Below, one piece after another: positions 62,884 to 64,000 of a stretch of 64,000 nt of DNA. The stretch comes from a virus. The stretch's first letter is position 1. The number at the start of each line of letters is the position of its first letter. Below the pieces are notes generated by a model, which was given only the letters and a program-made list of their open reading frames with translations, searched no databases and was not told the DNA's origin. Location of the stretch: positions 122,055-186,054 of IMG/VR virus record IMGVR_UViG_3300024348_000001; one strand, 5' to 3'. A program made the position numbers and the translations under genes.

Positions 62884-63999
62884 CTAGAACGCGCAGGCAC
62901 CACCAACACATGCATAATTCTGCGCCGATTCCGTCTGATCGTCATCTTCGTACTGACACAACTTAGACCAATCCACCACAGGGAAATCCTTGGAGAACAT
63001 CGCATACTGATCAGCCGTCAATTCCTCATTAGGTGCGTGCTTGTAAACGCCATTATCCTTGGGGAGGAAACTGAGGCCTGTGATTTCATCGAAGTGATCA
63101 TAGACCCAAGAGCCGACTTGGAACCACTCATAAGGCTCCACATAAATAGTCGCAGATACAGAATGCTCGGCCCAGTTACGTTTCCAGCAGAGCCAGTTTT
63201 CCAATTGTTCAATGGCCGTCATGGAGTTACGCGTGAGACAACCATCAGGAGCAGTCTTGGGGAAACCAAACACATACAAGTCATTAGGCCTTTCGGGAGA
63301 ATCATGGTACGGAACGCCTTGGTCAATTAGGAACTTGGCCACAGGTGAATGCTTTGATTCTCTTACCCACCTGATTTGCCTGTCGGCGTAACGAGGACTA
63401 ACGCCAGAAGCACAATCAAAGAACACGCTGCTGTCGCCTCCCGGTTTGATACACGTGTCAGCCGCCGAACGAGAAATACCAAAGCGCCGAGCTAAAGATT
63501 CATTGGTCGCATTAACAACTGTCTTGAGTTTGCGAAGAAGCTCAGGTCTGTCGGGATGTGATGGATGTAGCAGAGGACAATCAGCATGTCCCGTAATATC
63601 CACACCCAGAAGTGCTTCCTCCTCACAGTTCCTACGCCACTGATCCCTGATGTAATTGAAACGAGTACATGTGGCCTGCATAGTGCCGAAATAAGTCGCA
63701 ACAAGGACTTTCTTCATGAGAGTCGTTTCATTGTCTTCAGGTCTGGCTACAGCAATAGAAAGGTTGCAGAACTCATAGGGCCTAAGTTGAATTTCACCGC
63801 ATGGGTTAAAGCCCCAATCATGTCCCTTCTGCCTACGCTCAGGTGCCTGCATATCCATGGCTTGGCGATTGCAGATACCACGTTCGCCTGAGTAACTACG
63901 GATGAGGGACAGCCACTCATCCATGAACACGTCAGTTGAAGGTTTGGAATGGTACACGGCTGAGTTGTTGGCCATGCTGCGATGCTTGTTGTCTATGTA
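62884..63999 (-). CDS. nrdJ: Class II (B12-dependent) ribonucleotide reductase, C-terminal part; start lies beyond the window
   Basis: RSMANNS, NPCGEI, FCNLS, TCIKPGG, EHSVSAT, terminal CVGGAC; frame is open to the window edge. Confidence 0.9.
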   Translation of the reverse strand, partial: YIDNKHRSMANNSAVYHSKPSTDVFMDEWLSLIRSYSGERGICNRQAMDMQAPERRQKGHDWGFNPCGEIQLRPYEFCNLSIAVARPEDNETTLMKKVLVATYFGTMQATCTRFNYIRDQWRRNCEEEALLGVDITGHADCPLLHPSHPDRPELLRKLKTVVNATNESLARRFGISRSAADTCIKPGGDSSVFFDCASGVSPRYADRQIRWVRESKHSPVAKFLIDQGVPYHDSPERPNDLYVFGFPKTAPDGCLTRNSMTAIEQLENWLCWKRNWAEHSVSATIYVEPYEWFQVGSWVYDHFDEITGLSFLPKDNGVYKHAPNEELTADQYAMFSKDFPVVDWSKLCQYEDDDQTESAQNYACVGGACAF

Positions 64000-64000
64000 C

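Noticed and set aside
1-64000. Alternative genetic code or stop-codon recoding
   Set aside because: Long ORFs tile the genome densely under the standard code and end at TAA, TAG and TGA. The beta' split has its own start and is not a read-through case.

Overview
The window is part of a large contractile-tailed (myovirus-like) phage genome, almost all on the minus strand. Read in transcription order it runs: class II ribonucleotide reductase, then a short early region (57.5-62.8 kb) of repeated promoter-hairpin-small gene-terminator modules with CsrA, UDP-galactopyranose mutase and a GT61 glycosyltransferase. Next come a multisubunit RNA polymerase (beta fused to N-terminal beta', with C-terminal beta' as a separate gene) interspersed with putative capsid-internal proteins, then prohead protease, scaffold, decoration and major capsid genes. 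The window ends with fibre, neck, sheath, tube and spike genes. The main candidate new system is a virion cargo-loading code with three parts. (1) Head-associated proteins are densely marked with K-x-A/S motifs, probably prohead-protease sites. (2) Nine unrelated genes share an N-terminal leader, M-x-T-A-[SAH]-[ED]-L-G-x-L-x-A...K-x-A, which in three cases lies in a near-identical 65-86 bp DNA cassette. (3) The C-terminal beta' subunit carries extra enzyme-like domains, each bounded by K-x-A/S. A second notable element is a four-copy phage-specific promoter, three copies of which are followed by a conserved-loop RNA hairpin. No database search could be run, so family names come from motif recognition only.
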